This document shows positions 13,430-25,918 of a stretch of 64,000 nucleotides of DNA, piece by piece. Positions within the stretch are counted from its first letter, which is position 1. Each line of letters opens with the position of its first letter. Source of the DNA: Rhynchobatus australiae (taxonomy: Eukaryota); assembly GCA_034780895.1 (NCBI GenBank), contig JAUZTB010000057.1, positions 23,062,522-23,126,521 on the forward strand, given 5' to 3'. The translations under genes and the position numbers were made by a program. A model generated the notes under the pieces. That model was not told where the DNA came from. It was given only the letters and a program-made list of their open reading frames with translations, and did no database searches.

Positions 13430-15161
13430 GCGAAGGGAGTCATCGATGCCGCGGCGGCAAGCGGGAGAACGTGAACATGCATCCACCAAAACAGGTCCAC
13501 AGAAAACGCCGTTCCCCCCTCGCAAAATCTCAAGCGACGACGTCCTGATTATAGACCGGAGAGACGGGATACACTTTGTACAACGGGCTGCGGCACAGCA
13601 TGATCCAGTTCAACGGTCCATCCAAGTGAGGCGGAGAAGCCAGTCATCCGACCAGCGGGGCCCACTCAAGCAGTGTGCCGAGGGCGAAGGGTCGGTCCGC
13701 CAGCCTAGCTCGGCTCTACCACAACGGGGCAGGTCGCGTCTGCCCCGGGAACCGACCAGGACCCCCTCCAACTCGAGGCAGAACTCGCCCGTGTCGATCA
13801 GAGGGAAGGCTCAACACGGCGATGGACTGAGCAGCCGGAGCAGAGAGACTCCGCGTCCCCGGGGCCATGTAGGCGACAGGGGGGACGCCGGTAAAAGAAT
13901 GGCCAGGACCAAATCCCCCGCCCCAGCTGCGACCCAAGCAGCACCCAGACATCTGAAGGCCACTCCTTCCATTCCCAGGACCAGGGCACCCATCAATCCA
14001 GCCAGGTCATCCAGTCCCACACCCAAGGTGTATGTAAGCAGACCGCCGCTGTCCATGTCCCGGACCGCCACGGCCGCCCACCATGTGGTGCGCTACGATA
14101 AGAACCAGAACGTGTTGAATGTCTGTGTGGATTCCGACGGCCGGCCGTCTTCTACGGGTTGCTGCGGTACAACCGGGTGTTCCCCAACGTCCGAGACGGA
14201 GATTTTCCGCCCGGCTCAAGCCTTCAAATCCCTCTCAGAAGACGAACTGTACAGGAGCTTTGAGGAAGAGTTTCTGGCCAACACCAGGCAGATTTCGCTG
14301 GAGAGCAATGGTACTGAGGCCAGTGAAACGTTTCTAGTCGCCGGTGAGAGCCTCCCGGACGTGGGAGCGCAGCAGGAGAGCACAGACTCTGCGTGCGGAC
14401 TGTCCGCTGTGAATGGCCCGGGAGAGGATGCAGAAATCCCGAGCCGGACGCCGCCAGAGCGGGCCAGCAGCCCGGAGCCAGAGGGTGGCCGGGACAGGGC
14501 AGACGGTGTGAGCTGGAACGGAGGCGGCCTGGATGACCGTGCCGACAATGTTGTGCAAACGATAGAGAAGGTGGGGGAGCCCGTCCTCTCGAGTCCTCGG
14601 GGCGAAACGGAACTGTACGCGATGGAGCTCCGCTGTCTCCCCACCCGGCCGGGACCTCCTGAGGAAGAGAAGCTGCGAAATGAACAGGTCCCTGAGCTCG
14701 CTGAAGTGGACGGAATGAACCCCCTCCATCTGAGCGATGAGCAAGGGCATGAGAACGGGGAGGGGTCCTTTATTGAGACATCCAGCGAGTCCTCCATCAA
14801 CCTGCAGCTGAACTCGCACCCCGTCCAAATGAGGTCGAGGAAAGGGCTGAAGAAACCCGACCGAGTGCCTTCCGTCTACAAGCTGAAGCTGCGCCCCAAG
14901 ATTCGACCGCGGACGGACAATCGGCCCGAGAAGAGACCCTCTAAGATCCCCACCCCAATCAGCTGCAGGCAAGCGCAGAAATCTCCGCGGTCGCCTCAGC
15001 ATTCTCTGCTGGACGGCGGTCACTCCAGGAGGAAACTGAAACACAAACTGATCCTGTACAGTGAAGACCTGCAGAGTTCGAGGGAGGATCTCCCGTCTTC
15101 ACCCGCCTCCGATGGAGGGAGAGCCCCAACCCTCAACCAGGACGAGGGCTCCTGGGTTTAA
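13430..15161 (+). CDS. GAS2L1: GAS2-like protein 1, large terminal coding exon (basic microtubule-binding tail with SxIP EB-binding motif)
   Basis: Acceptor tcttgtttttctgtgcacctcAG at 13428-13429, then about 576 open codons. Motifs include [23 protein letters not shown] (GAS2L1-type EEEFLAN), [28 protein letters not shown] (SxIP at 14940-14951) and terminal ..SWV*. Neighbours are RASL10 and AP1B1, as at the human GAS2L1 locus. Confidence 0.88.
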
Positions 15162-18100
15162 TCCTCGATGTTTACAGCTCAACAGTTTCGTTGCTAACTC
15201 CTTCCATTTTTGTTTAACCATGCTACTCAATGCATCTCAGGTGGAATGCAATACAGGCCTGTGGAGAAACTCCATCTCCCTCCGTCTTCAACGTCTTCGG
15301 GTTGGGAGAGGGGACACGGATAGGCGAAGTCTTTGGGAGCCTCCAATAACCCGGCAGTGTTCGGTTTCCCAGCTCGTTGCTCGTAGAGCTTATTCTTGCA
15401 ATTACCATGATACCTGATGCGCATTGGAAGGATTGTTTTACATTTCCACGCTTATCAGTCGACAGCATGGACTGCAGACAGGGCCCCATCACTTAGCGGA
15501 GCCCTTGAGTAGAGCGGGTGGATGGAGACCATTTGAAGTGTAACACAAAACGCCGCCGTGTCGGCCATTGGTTATTTGGGTGCGGTGGGTCAGTCTGGAT
15601 ATTTGAGGCGGGCTGGGTGCTGGTTAAATGGGCTTGTAGATACAACCGGCCAGAGTACCGATGGCACACGGGCTCAAATAATCTGTATTTGCCGTTCAAA
15701 ACTGAGCAAATCCCCTTTTTTCCTCCCCACGCCTTCCACTGAGACCTGGGCGGGGCTCAGTGCTGTTCGTGTCCCGATAACGTTGCGCTGATTTTCCGCT
15801 TTTAGTGTATTTCCGAAAGGCGGGGTGGGGACAGACAGCCGCCGTCACATGTAGCAGTTCAACAAGAACTTATAGAATGGCCAGCATTAGCTTTATGTAG
15901 CTTTCTACTTATTAACCGAACAGTGTACTTAATAATTGTGCTAAAGGGCAGTTTACTTAGTGTAAAATGGATAATCTCTGTGCTGTTCATTTTTGTCCGC
16001 CCCGAGTTGTTGCTCGGACTTTGTATTGGCGCTCCGAACGCCAGACTGTTACTTCGAAGAGGAGCTGTGTTTTCTGAAACGGGAGCCTTCACATTCCATT
16101 CACTAGTGTCAAATGCACAAACGTTGACGNNNNNNNNNNNNNNNNNNNNNNNNNNNNNNNNNNNNNNNNNNNNNNNNNNNNNNNNNNNNNNNNNNNNNNN
16201 NNNNNNNNNNNNNNNNNNNNNNNNNNNNNNNNNNNNNNNNNNNNNNNNNNNNNNNNNNNNNNNNNNNNNNNNNNNNNNNNNNNNNNNNNNNNNNNNNNNN
16301 NNNNNNNNNNNNNNNNNNNNNNNNNNNNNNNNNNNNNNNNNNNNNNNNNNNNNNNNNNNNNNNNNNNNNNNNNNNNNNNNNNNNNNNNNNNNNNNNNNNN
16401 NNNNNNNNNNNNNNNNNNNNNNNNNNNNNNCGCTTTGGGATTATGCTTTTGGAAACAATTGCGGGTGGCTCCATTGCGTAATACCGGCCTGCGGATTGTT
16501 CTTTATCTCAGGAACCCGATGAGTCAGTTTGTGTTCATTCTGCGAGGTGACGTGAAGAGATTATGAAAGCGGTCCTGGATCTTTGGAGCTCGACTGTAAT
16601 TCGGCTCCCCGCGCCGCGTTCCAAGGTTCACCATCCGCAAACACAATTTGTTCCCTAGACTTTAAGACCACATTAGAAGTGCTATCGGCGCACTGTCAGT
16701 CACAGCAGAGGGCATTGGCAAGGAATTTTTAAACATTATTTGGAGGTGATTTCACAAGTGTGTGAATTATTTTGTAGAGTGTTCTCTAAAGGGTTGTCTG
16801 GGGGGGGACTTGGAGAGGGAACTTTGTCGTATGAATGTTGTGCAACTTTACTTTTTCTTTCTCTTCCCCCCCCTTCCCTGCTGTTGGATTCTCGGACCTG
16901 GTACCATCCAACCCCAGCATCACACCCATCCTCGGGGACTGAAGGCGTGCGCCCCCGTGCCATGTCTTGGTGCTGCGGTGACCACTCGGGATAGCTTTGC
17001 AGCTGCCAAACAGCCGAGCCGAGGCCATGGGCAGTTTGGGAATGAGGACATACATTTGCACTCCGGGCGTGTAGTGTACCAGCCCCACCCACCAACCGGC
17101 CCAATCCCTCTACAATGTGGCGCAAGGGAGGGGGGAGTGTGGGTACCAGCTGGTGGTAGGAAGGGAAACTGCACAGAACTGGTCACTGATGCCGTGTCTG
17201 ACTCCGAGACCCGAGGGAGCCGCGGGACTTCCATCCATTCTTCGCCCGCTTAATGTTTCTCTCCTGGTTCGGTCTCTGGGTTAAAGTGTTCAATAGTTTA
17301 GTCACTCGCCGTCACCTGTTCGAGCTCTGATCTGTATGGTGCTATTTACCAAAATGTCATCACTGGGTTTTAAGTTTTTTCTCTCTCTAATATATATGAT
17401 TGTGATTTATAATTGCAAACTTTCAAATACCGACACTCCTGGAGATTGCAGCCTTAAGACTTGCTGTATCCATTCCTTGTGTATTCCCCCCCCCCCCGCC
17501 CCAAATCTAACTTGTCCAAGATATATGACACATTTCTGTCAACTGAGCGGATTTGCGCGCCTTTGTTCTAGTCACGGCGCCGGGACAAGGCAGACCTTGT
17601 CCAATGGAAGTGGCTTGGCGTTTTTAGACTGCCTCTGGACCGATGCTGATCATAACTTTTGATTACAGTGAGAGGTAGACCAGGGCTGATCTACTGTGAG
17701 CCGGTAGGATTCCCGTGATCCACACCTGCATTAATCCATTGGCAAAGTGTGGGACATCTGTGGTCAATCTCCATTGCCTACTTTCTAATTTGATTCGGTA
17801 TTGGAAGTACCCCATTAACGGACAACTCCTTGCTGGCAGGAGTACCCTGTTCTCGCACAACTTGGAGGTAGAAACTTATTGAATTAATACTTTGGATGCA
17901 AGATGCGCCTCGACGTCTATTCCAGTTTAAAATGTTGGCTTTATCTGTCGACGTAAATGGCATTGACTTTTTTTTTCCTAATTGTACATCCAATCCTGCT
18001 GCTGCTTACAAGAAACGTGTTTGCACCATGAAGTGTTAAAAGTATATGCTTTACTAACTTCATACAAAAAGTTACTTATTCGGGAGTACTGACTGGATTT

Positions 18101-19490
18101 TAGGCTTCCTAGCATGATGTGCGTGTAGGCAAAATATTTTAAAAAAAGACAATTAGTGAGTATACAGTTATTAACTATGCAATTGCAGTGATGAAAACGT
18201 GGTAAAAGCCTTATTTCTTGAAACAGTAACCGGTAATTGTCCATTATTTAAACTGTAGCGAAATGTGCCCCGTCCTGCTGAATAATTGCGAGGGCTGCTG
18301 TCGTGAGGTGTGAATCGTGGCCCATTATCGCACATGGTTAAATCCTAATATATTTCCTAAACAACACTAGCTTAATGCAGGCTCTTTTTGCAGACTGCAT
18401 TCGAAAACAGTACTTTGCACAATACTTAGCATAGAAAAGTTGGATAATCAAATGTAATTCAGGTATTATGCTTCTGGCCTGGAGAAGAACTCTTCTCCAG
18501 GCACAAGCGAGCAAATGCATGAATAATGGTTTGGGAATTCGAGCAAGATGCAGATGAGTAATATTGCCTATGTTTGGGTGGTCGCCATCTGCCGGCGTCC
18601 GCACCTGGTGTTAGAATTCGTCACCTACCTGACGCTCCCTGTTTTTGACTCTCCCTTAGCCTTCTGATAGCGAACAATAAACTGGAAACGTATGGAACCT
18701 GGATCTATGAAAATAGTGCGTAAACCATATTGAGGCAACCCGGTTTTCAGAGGCTCTCCGTGTTCCTAACAAGAACTGACCATTACGAAGCTCTTGGGTT
18801 GGGTGGGCATCAAATTTAAAGGGCTTGAGGTCAGACGGAACCAGATGGGCAGGAGAAACAAGGCACTGTGTGTGCACCCAGGGTGTGTGTGAGTGAGTGA
18901 GTGTCTGCGCGTCTCTAATGATCAAAGACTTGAACATAAGCAGGATTTCTTTGTAGAACTTAAACTTTGATTCCAATTTATACACGTGAAAGCATGATTT
19001 CCAACGAGGAAACACAACTAACAGGACGGGAGGAAAGCTGGCGTCGGTGCTGGCTGCATCTACCGACCGAAGACGAGTTTTAATTTGGAGAAAACTGTAG
19101 TCGTGGCCGCCTTCAACTGTGTCAACGTCAACTGTGTAAGCGTGTGTGTGTAAAACGTGTAACCGGGAGAACAATGTTGCAAAAGGAATGTTTTGCCTTT
19201 AACCCCCACCCATGCCTTAAAATAATGCTTCCACTATTTAACAATGTAAGAGTGTACACCTGTTGTAAATTTATTTGTTGTTTGCAGTTAGTAATGTCTG
19301 AATCACCCCCTGTCTGGAGTAGAGGGAGTGAATGTTCGGAACGAGACCGTATTCTGTACGCGTTTGAAACTTGACATTGGGGATCATGTGATGTAATGGA
19401 GGAAAGACAATCTGGAAGAGAAATTTGCAATATTTGCAAGTTTGCTTTCTTTCAAAGTGACATCACACTCTGATTATATTATTTAAAAAA

Positions 19491-19496
19491 AATAAA
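19491..19496 (+). terminator. Candidate polyadenylation signal of GAS2L1 (3'UTR about 4.3 kb)
   Basis: AATAAA at the point where the CpG-rich UTR-like tract ends. An alternative AATAAA is at 18676-18681. Confidence 0.4.
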
Positions 19497-21639
19497 GNNN
19501 NNNNNNNTTTTACAGATGGTACCCGTCTGAAACTTTCATCTCTGCCCAAAGATACAATCCTGCTAAGAACAGTCGGTCATTTTTGAAATGCTCATGGCAG
19601 CATCTGCAAAGAAAAGAACATTAGGAAGTTTTGGTGATGTGTTTTCATTTGAACTTTGGCCATCACAACAACAACTCTTTACAGATGCTGACCATTTAAT
19701 TTGTGGGTGTACCATTTCAAGCTTTTGTCTTTTTCAATAGTTGTTAATTTCCTCTATTGACATGAATGTGGGTTCAAAATCTGCATAGGTAACACTTGAA
19801 GAAAAGTGAACTGTATGACTAGATATTATCTTGCACAATTTGACAGCACACAGCTACCAACACTCATGGGATGTTCATATGCGTCACCTTTAAAACAATA
19901 TTTTCAGTCCATATGACACAATTGGAACATTTTACTTATTTGTACATGGTATTGTTTTGCCATCTATCTCCTGGATTTTTTTTGATTTGTACAGCTAAGT
20001 CGCCAACAATCTTGTGTGCATAAACGAGTGACGTCCACTGTTTAGGATGTTCTTGAAATGTGTTTTCTATATCAATCAATGGATGCAGTAGGTCAAAAGA
20101 TCAAGCTGGGCTGGTTGGTGAATTCAGCTACACTGCTGCTTTGATGTCCCAGTGGAGGAAGGTGGATAATTCAGGGTGTGGAGCCTGAGTGGCAGGAAGC
20201 ATGAATGGTAATGCCAGTGCCAGAGTTGGTGGAAAGTCTGGAAAGCAAAAAAAAAATTTAGGTTGTGAGGGCAGGTCATGNNNNNNNNNNNNNNNNNNNN
20301 NNNNNNNNNNNNNNNNNNNNNNNNNNNNNNNNNNNNNNNNNNNNNNNNNNNNNNNNNNNNNNNNNNNNNNNNNNNNNNNNNNNNNNNNNNNNNNNNNNNN
20401 NNNNNNNNNNNNNNNNNNNNNNNNNNNNNNNNNNNNNNNNNNNNNNNNNNNNNNNNNNNNNNNNNNNNNNNNNNNNNNNNNNNNNNNNNNNNNNNNNNNN
20501 NNNNNNNNNNNNNNNNNNNNNNNNNNNNNNNNNNNNNNNNNNNNNNNNNNNNNNNNNNNNNNNNNNNNNNNNNNNNNNNNNNNNNNNNNNNNNNNNNNNN
20601 NNNNNNNNNNNNNNNNNNNNNNNNNNNNNNNNNNNNNNNNNNNNNNNNNNNNNNNNNNNNNNNNNNNNNNNNNATGGAGGAATATGGAAATGTACTGAGA
20701 AAATGGAGTTGAAGTAGATGAACTGTAACCTTGCTGAGTGACCCAGTGCTTTTACTGACAAGATAACACTGTTCAGCAAAAACACAAGGAAATAGGAGTG
20801 GGTTAAGCTGCTCAGCACCTCAAACCTGCCTCACTGTTCAATGTGATCATGGTTGTCTACCATGGGCGTCAATGCATTCTCTCTGCCAGTTCTTCATGGC
20901 TCTCAAACCCCTAATGGTGCAAGGATGGGATATGGTGAGTGTGGCAGTATAGAAAAGGATAGAGTGGGCAAAATCTAGAGGGAATGGAGAGGAGGAGAGA
21001 CTGAAAGGATTGGAATGGTCATGTCTGTATGTGGCAGTAGTACGAGAAGTTTTCATCAGATGGGCTGAGCTAAAGCCTGTGATGTTCGTGTGGGTAATAG
21101 GGGAGATTTGTGATGAGGTGGAGACCAGTTTGGAGGGTCTGCTCAGGAGTCAATGGGTCCGAAAGACTTGCAGTGGATTAGTTTGTATCAAAGATAGCAT
21201 CTGGGAGAGCTGAATGTGATCTGTAAGGTAGCACCTGTGGCAAGAATGAGGCATTATCATTGTTGTCCAATGTTAGCTACTGAATGGTACAACTACTCAA
21301 AAGCTACTGGAGTTGAACAAAACTGAAGCAGTATGTTCAGTTCCTGATGAGGAGAAGAATAGATGTGAAGGTAGGAGTACTTGTTCTGTTGATGCATTGT
21401 TTTGTAGTAGATTTACTGTTCTTCAAATGACTGACCCCAAATCAGGAACCCATCTGAGGTTCAAGTTCTATTTCGCTCTTAAATGGCTTAAATTTCCTTT
21501 TACTTGCATTTTAGGGTCCATTTTCTTTTCTCTTAATTTGTTCTCTGAATGTTTAATCATTTTCTATCCAATCAGTGTGAATGCAACTAAATATGACAGA
21601 AGAAAGCTGAATTCAAAACTATAAGAAAAATATTTTTTC

Positions 21640-21645
21640 TTTATT
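21640..21645 (-). terminator. Candidate polyadenylation signal of RASL10A
   Basis: TTTATT on + (AATAAA on -) about 100 nt beyond the presumed stop. Confidence 0.3.
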
Positions 21646-21791
21646 TTACAATTTTCTATTTTGTCCTTAAAATTGATTTCAGGAAAACTAAAGAACAAGC
21701 ATACTGATTCAACATAAATGGGAAATCTGAGCANNNNNNNNNNNNNNNNNNNNNNNNNNNNNNNNNNNNNNNNNNNNNNNNNNNNNNNNNN

Positions 21792-22010
21792 GGGTGGACG
21801 TGTTTACAGCTTTGGCCCACACTGCTGCTCAGGAGTTCTTTAAACAGAAGTAAAATGTGCCAGTTGTATCTAGCAGAACACTCAATGTAGCCACACTTCC
21901 ACATCTTCTTCACCAGGACACTTGTACTCCTCCGTGGAGTGAAACGTTGCTTTTGTAGGTCCCTCTTATTTCCAACAACGATAATTGGTACTTGCTTTGT
22001 GCTTGGCACC
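21792..22010 (-). CDS. RASL10A: RASL10A coding exon 3 (G4 NKRD, G5 CSAR); 3' end and stop hidden in N gap 21734-21791
   Basis: Acceptor gatttgccAG at 22012-22011, then [66 protein letters not shown] running into Ns. Confidence 0.88.
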
Positions 22011-22710
22011 CTGGCAAATCACCAGAAATTAGTAAATGCATTACCAATGTCTAAGACCTCTTGCCATCACAGCTCTCAAAAACTGAGGCTGAACTTCCAT
22101 TTGGAAAATGGCCTCCTGCTTTAGATGTGCTTCTAGCACTCAAAGAAATATTTTCCCTACGACTTCCATAATAAATATTGGCATAACCTTTTAGCAGGTG
22201 TTGCTGGATACAAATAGGTGCTGAAATCTTGACAGCTTGAAAGGTCAACTAATGTATCCATGAACAGCACTATATCCCTCCCACCATAAAGTCATTAAGA
22301 ATGTAATTACACAGCATCTCATATCCTCTGAATATTCTAATTTTCTTTACAGGCAATGATTTGCATTCAGTCAATTTTGTTGGCAAATTTAATCATTTTG
22401 TGCATACAAGTTCCCAAAACAGCAATTTATTGTTTGATATTTTTAGGGGTTATATGTTGACGAAAACACCTTAACCTACTCTTCAAGTAAATAGAACCAT
22501 TGTTCAGAAGAGGTCTTGGTTATGGATTTGAGCTGCAAAACAAATCTCTGGTTTATTTTTAAATGTAGGCATAGCTCTTGATGTTGGTCAGGTGATGTTA
22601 ATAATTGGGATATGTGTGAAAGACTTTGGTAAAGGAATTTAAGGGACCTGATTGGGGGATCCCATTTCACAGGGAACATGTGCCCAGTTCATCTGCATCC
22701 ATGGCAAGTA

Positions 22711-23105
22711 AATTGGTTTATCATTGTCACATGCTGAGGTGCAGTGGAAGCACTTGTCTTCCATACTGTTTGTACAGATCATTTCATTACAACAGTGCAT
22801 TGAGATAGTACCAGGTAAAACAATAACAGAGTGCAGAATAAAGTGTCACAGTTACAGCGAAGGTGTAGTGCAGGTAGCCAATAAGGTGCAAGGTCATTAA
22901 TGAGACAGATTGTAAGGTCAAGACTCCATCTTATACCGGCGACAGTCCAATAGTCTTGAACAGCTTCTATCCTGCTATTCTTTGAGCCTGGTGGAATGTG
23001 CTTTCAGGCTTTTGTATCTTCTGTCCAATGGGTGAGAGGGAGAAGAAAGTCTGGGGTGGAATGGGGTCTTTGATTAGGTTGACTGCTTTACTGAGGCAGC
23101 AAGAG
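22711..23105 (-). mobile_element. LINE 3' end (Rex1/Babar-like; family assignment tentative)
   Basis: Reverse-complement similarity to 24674-24850, sharing the tail ..gtgacaat(g/a)ataaaccaat. Confidence 0.55.
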
Positions 23106-24673
23106 GTACCAATTACACTCAGTCTCCTTGGCTGAAGGAGGAGAAGTTGTTTCGTAACCAGCTGCCTGTAGTAAAGCAGACAATATTGTTTTTCTCAAAC
23201 AACTGTAGTGTTGCAATTTGTTAATGAAAAATGCACAATAACAATTCCAGCGACATGGGTTATATCATTCTGCAATTCAAACTGTTTGTCAATTTATACC
23301 GAGCATACCATGTTAGAATAGATTTTGTGTACAACTTTATTAAGTTCATTCAATTGTGGTGTTAGCTAGGAATGAAGAACCTTATTCTCAATGGGATCTA
23401 CATTGATAAATGTTTCAGAACATAGAAAGAAATACCAATCACTTGCACAAAGTAGTGTCAATTTGCAATATCATTTAGGCAAGGAGTGCAGAAAATTGCA
23501 GGATAACCTTCAAAAGAATTAACCTTCTAACAACTTTTTGGGTGTACTTTCATCAGCAGAATTAGACCTGTCAGTGTAAGAGATAGTCTGAGCTGTTGGA
23601 ATCCCTTGAATAATCTGCTTTGATGTCTGATGCATGACATTGCCCAGTTAAACTAATAAGGAAAAGTTGGTGACATCAAATGAAAAACAAGTGAAAACAG
23701 CATCGTGATACAGTTGTACAACACAGAAATAGGCTGCTGTGTCTCTCGGGGGGGGGGGGGGGGGGGGGGGGGGGNNNNNNNNNNNNNNNNNNNNNNNNNN
23801 NNNNNNNNNNNNNNNNNNNNNNNNNNNNNNNNNNNNNNNNNNNNNNNNNNNNNNNNNNNNNNNNNNNNNNNNNNNNNNNNNNNNNNNNNNNNNNNNNNNN
23901 NNNNNNNNNNNNNNNNNNNNNNNNNNNNNNNNNNNNNNNNNNNNNNNNNNNNNNNNNNNNNNNNNNNNNNNNNNNNNNNNNNNNNNNNNNNNNNNNNNNN
24001 NNNNNNNNNNNNNNNNNNNNNNNNNNNNNNNNNNNNNNNNNNNNNNNNNNNNNNNNNNNNNNNNNNNNNNNNNNNNNNNNNNNNNNNNNNNNNNNNNNNN
24101 NNNNNNNNNNNNNNNNNNNNNNNNNNNNNNNNNNNNNNNNNNNNNNNNNNNNNNNNNNNNNNNNNNNNNNNNNNNNNNNNNNNNNNNNNNNNNNNNNNNN
24201 NNNNNNNNNNNNNNNNNNNNNNNNNNNNNNNNNNNNNNNNNNNNNNNNNNNNNNNNNNNNNNNNNNNNNNNNNNNNNNNNNNNNNNNNNNNNNNNNNNNN
24301 NNNNNNNNNNNNNNNNNNNNNNNNNNNNNNNNNNNNNNNNNNNNNNNNNNNNNNNNNNNNNNNNNNNNNNNNNNNNNNNNNNNNNNNNNNNNNNNNNNNN
24401 NNNNNNNNNNNNNNNNNNNNNNNNNNNNNNNNNNNNNNNNNNNNNNNNNNNNNNNNNNNNNNNNNNNNNNNNNNNNNNNNNNNNNNNNNNNNNNNNNNNN
24501 NNNNNNNNNNNNNNNNNNNNNNNNNNNNNNNNNNNNNNNNNNNNNNNNNNNNNNNNNNNNNNNNNNNNNNNNNNNNNNNNNNNNNNNNNNNNNNNNNNNN
24601 NNNNNNNNNNNNNNNNNNNNNNNNNNNNNNNNNNNNNNNNNNNNNNNNNNNNNNNNNNNNNNNNNNNNNNNNN

Positions 24674-24850
24674 CTCTGTAGCTGTGACACTTTACTCTGT
24701 ACTGTTATTGTTTTTACCTGTACTACCTCAATGCACTCTGTACTAACCCAGTGTAACTGCATTGTGTCATGAATTGACCTGTACGATCGGTATGTAAGAC
24801 AAGTTTTTCACTGTACCTCGGTACAAGTGACAATAATAAACCAATACCAA
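24674..24850 (+). mobile_element. LINE 3' end, same family as 22711-23105; 5' part in gap
   Basis: gtgacactttactctgtactgttattgtttttacctgtactacctcaatgcact...ggtacaagtgacaataataaaccaatacc. Confidence 0.55.
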
Positions 24851-25793
24851 TGAGGTAGGCAGAATGACCTTTATCCGTGGACCACGTCCAACCTGGATCT
24901 GAGATGCTCGTCAGATCCAGGAGCAGACCTCTATAACATTGTGTGAACTGTGAGCCTCCACTCCCCGTAACCTCGGTGTTTACAGGATGCAAATCTTGTG
25001 CTTGCATCCTTCTGCGCTTTGTTTTCGTGATCTGCTCGATTGCACTCAGTGGAGGGCCGGGTATTCTCAGAGCCCTGCGGGTTGGCAGGTTCACTGGCGG
25101 CTGGTAGGTATGCCCACGCGTGTAGGTGAGTGGCAGAAGTTAGAGGGGTTGATGAGAATAAAATGGGATTAGTGCAAATGGGTAATGCCAGTGCGGCCTC
25201 GTTACGCGGAAGGCACTGCTTTCGTGCTGGGGCACTCGATGACTTTCCCGCATGGGGCCAGATACCACTGAAGGGGAAAGACCAAGGGCCATTCTCGTGA
25301 CTCCCTTCCGCCCCCTCGTGGCCAGACGCAGGCGGCGCCGTCAGAGGCTGGAGCGGAACACAGAGGTCAGGAAATGAGTAGGTCTCAGCAATCAAACCAC
25401 CGCAGCCCCAGCCTGTGGTTTAATGTAGAGTTTGATATACCGCGATAAAAGCAGCAAGATCGCGAAGACCATGGCAGATGCACCTGTCACGTGGTATGGC
25501 TGATTCATCACATATTTAGCAGCTCAAGAAATACAAGAGGAACGAATTAAGTTGCTGGAAGTGTGCTGGGCCTTTCTGAATGTGCCAGGTTTTAAACGGT
25601 TCTGATCAATAACAGATCAATGCATTTTCCATTCTGTGACCGATTTGCAGTATTTAATTACCTGATTATTTCTAACCTCCACGCCCGGTGACAGTACAGC
25701 AATTACAGAGACACGGGCGGACTTGTCAGTGTGCAGGGGTTTAGGGGGCCTCCAATGTGAGAGGGAGACAGTACAGAGACGCACAATGCTTAC

Positions 25794-25918
25794 CTGACTT
25801 CTGCTATCTGCTGCCGAATCATTTTCACATACTCGAAACTATCGAAGCAGCAGATGTCATACACGAGGACGTATGCGTTTGCATTTCTAATACCTCTGCA
25901 TCTCGAGTCAGACCACTC
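25794..25918 (-). CDS. RASL10A: RASL10A coding exon 2
   Basis: [41 protein letters not shown](R), 125 nt, acceptor ttattttggAG, donor CAG|GTAAGC. Phase 0 in and phase 2 out, consistent with both neighbouring exons. Not shown in the ORF track on this strand. Confidence 0.88.

Noticed and set aside
13716-15044. Several antisense and alternate-frame ORFs up to 236 aa over the GAS2L1 terminal exon
   Set aside because: These are expected shadows of a GC-rich coding exon, with no recognisable domain.
16736-17253. Overlapping 100-163 aa ORFs in the GC-rich downstream region
   Set aside because: No family motifs, and ORFs occur in several frames; the region is best explained as GAS2L1 3'UTR.
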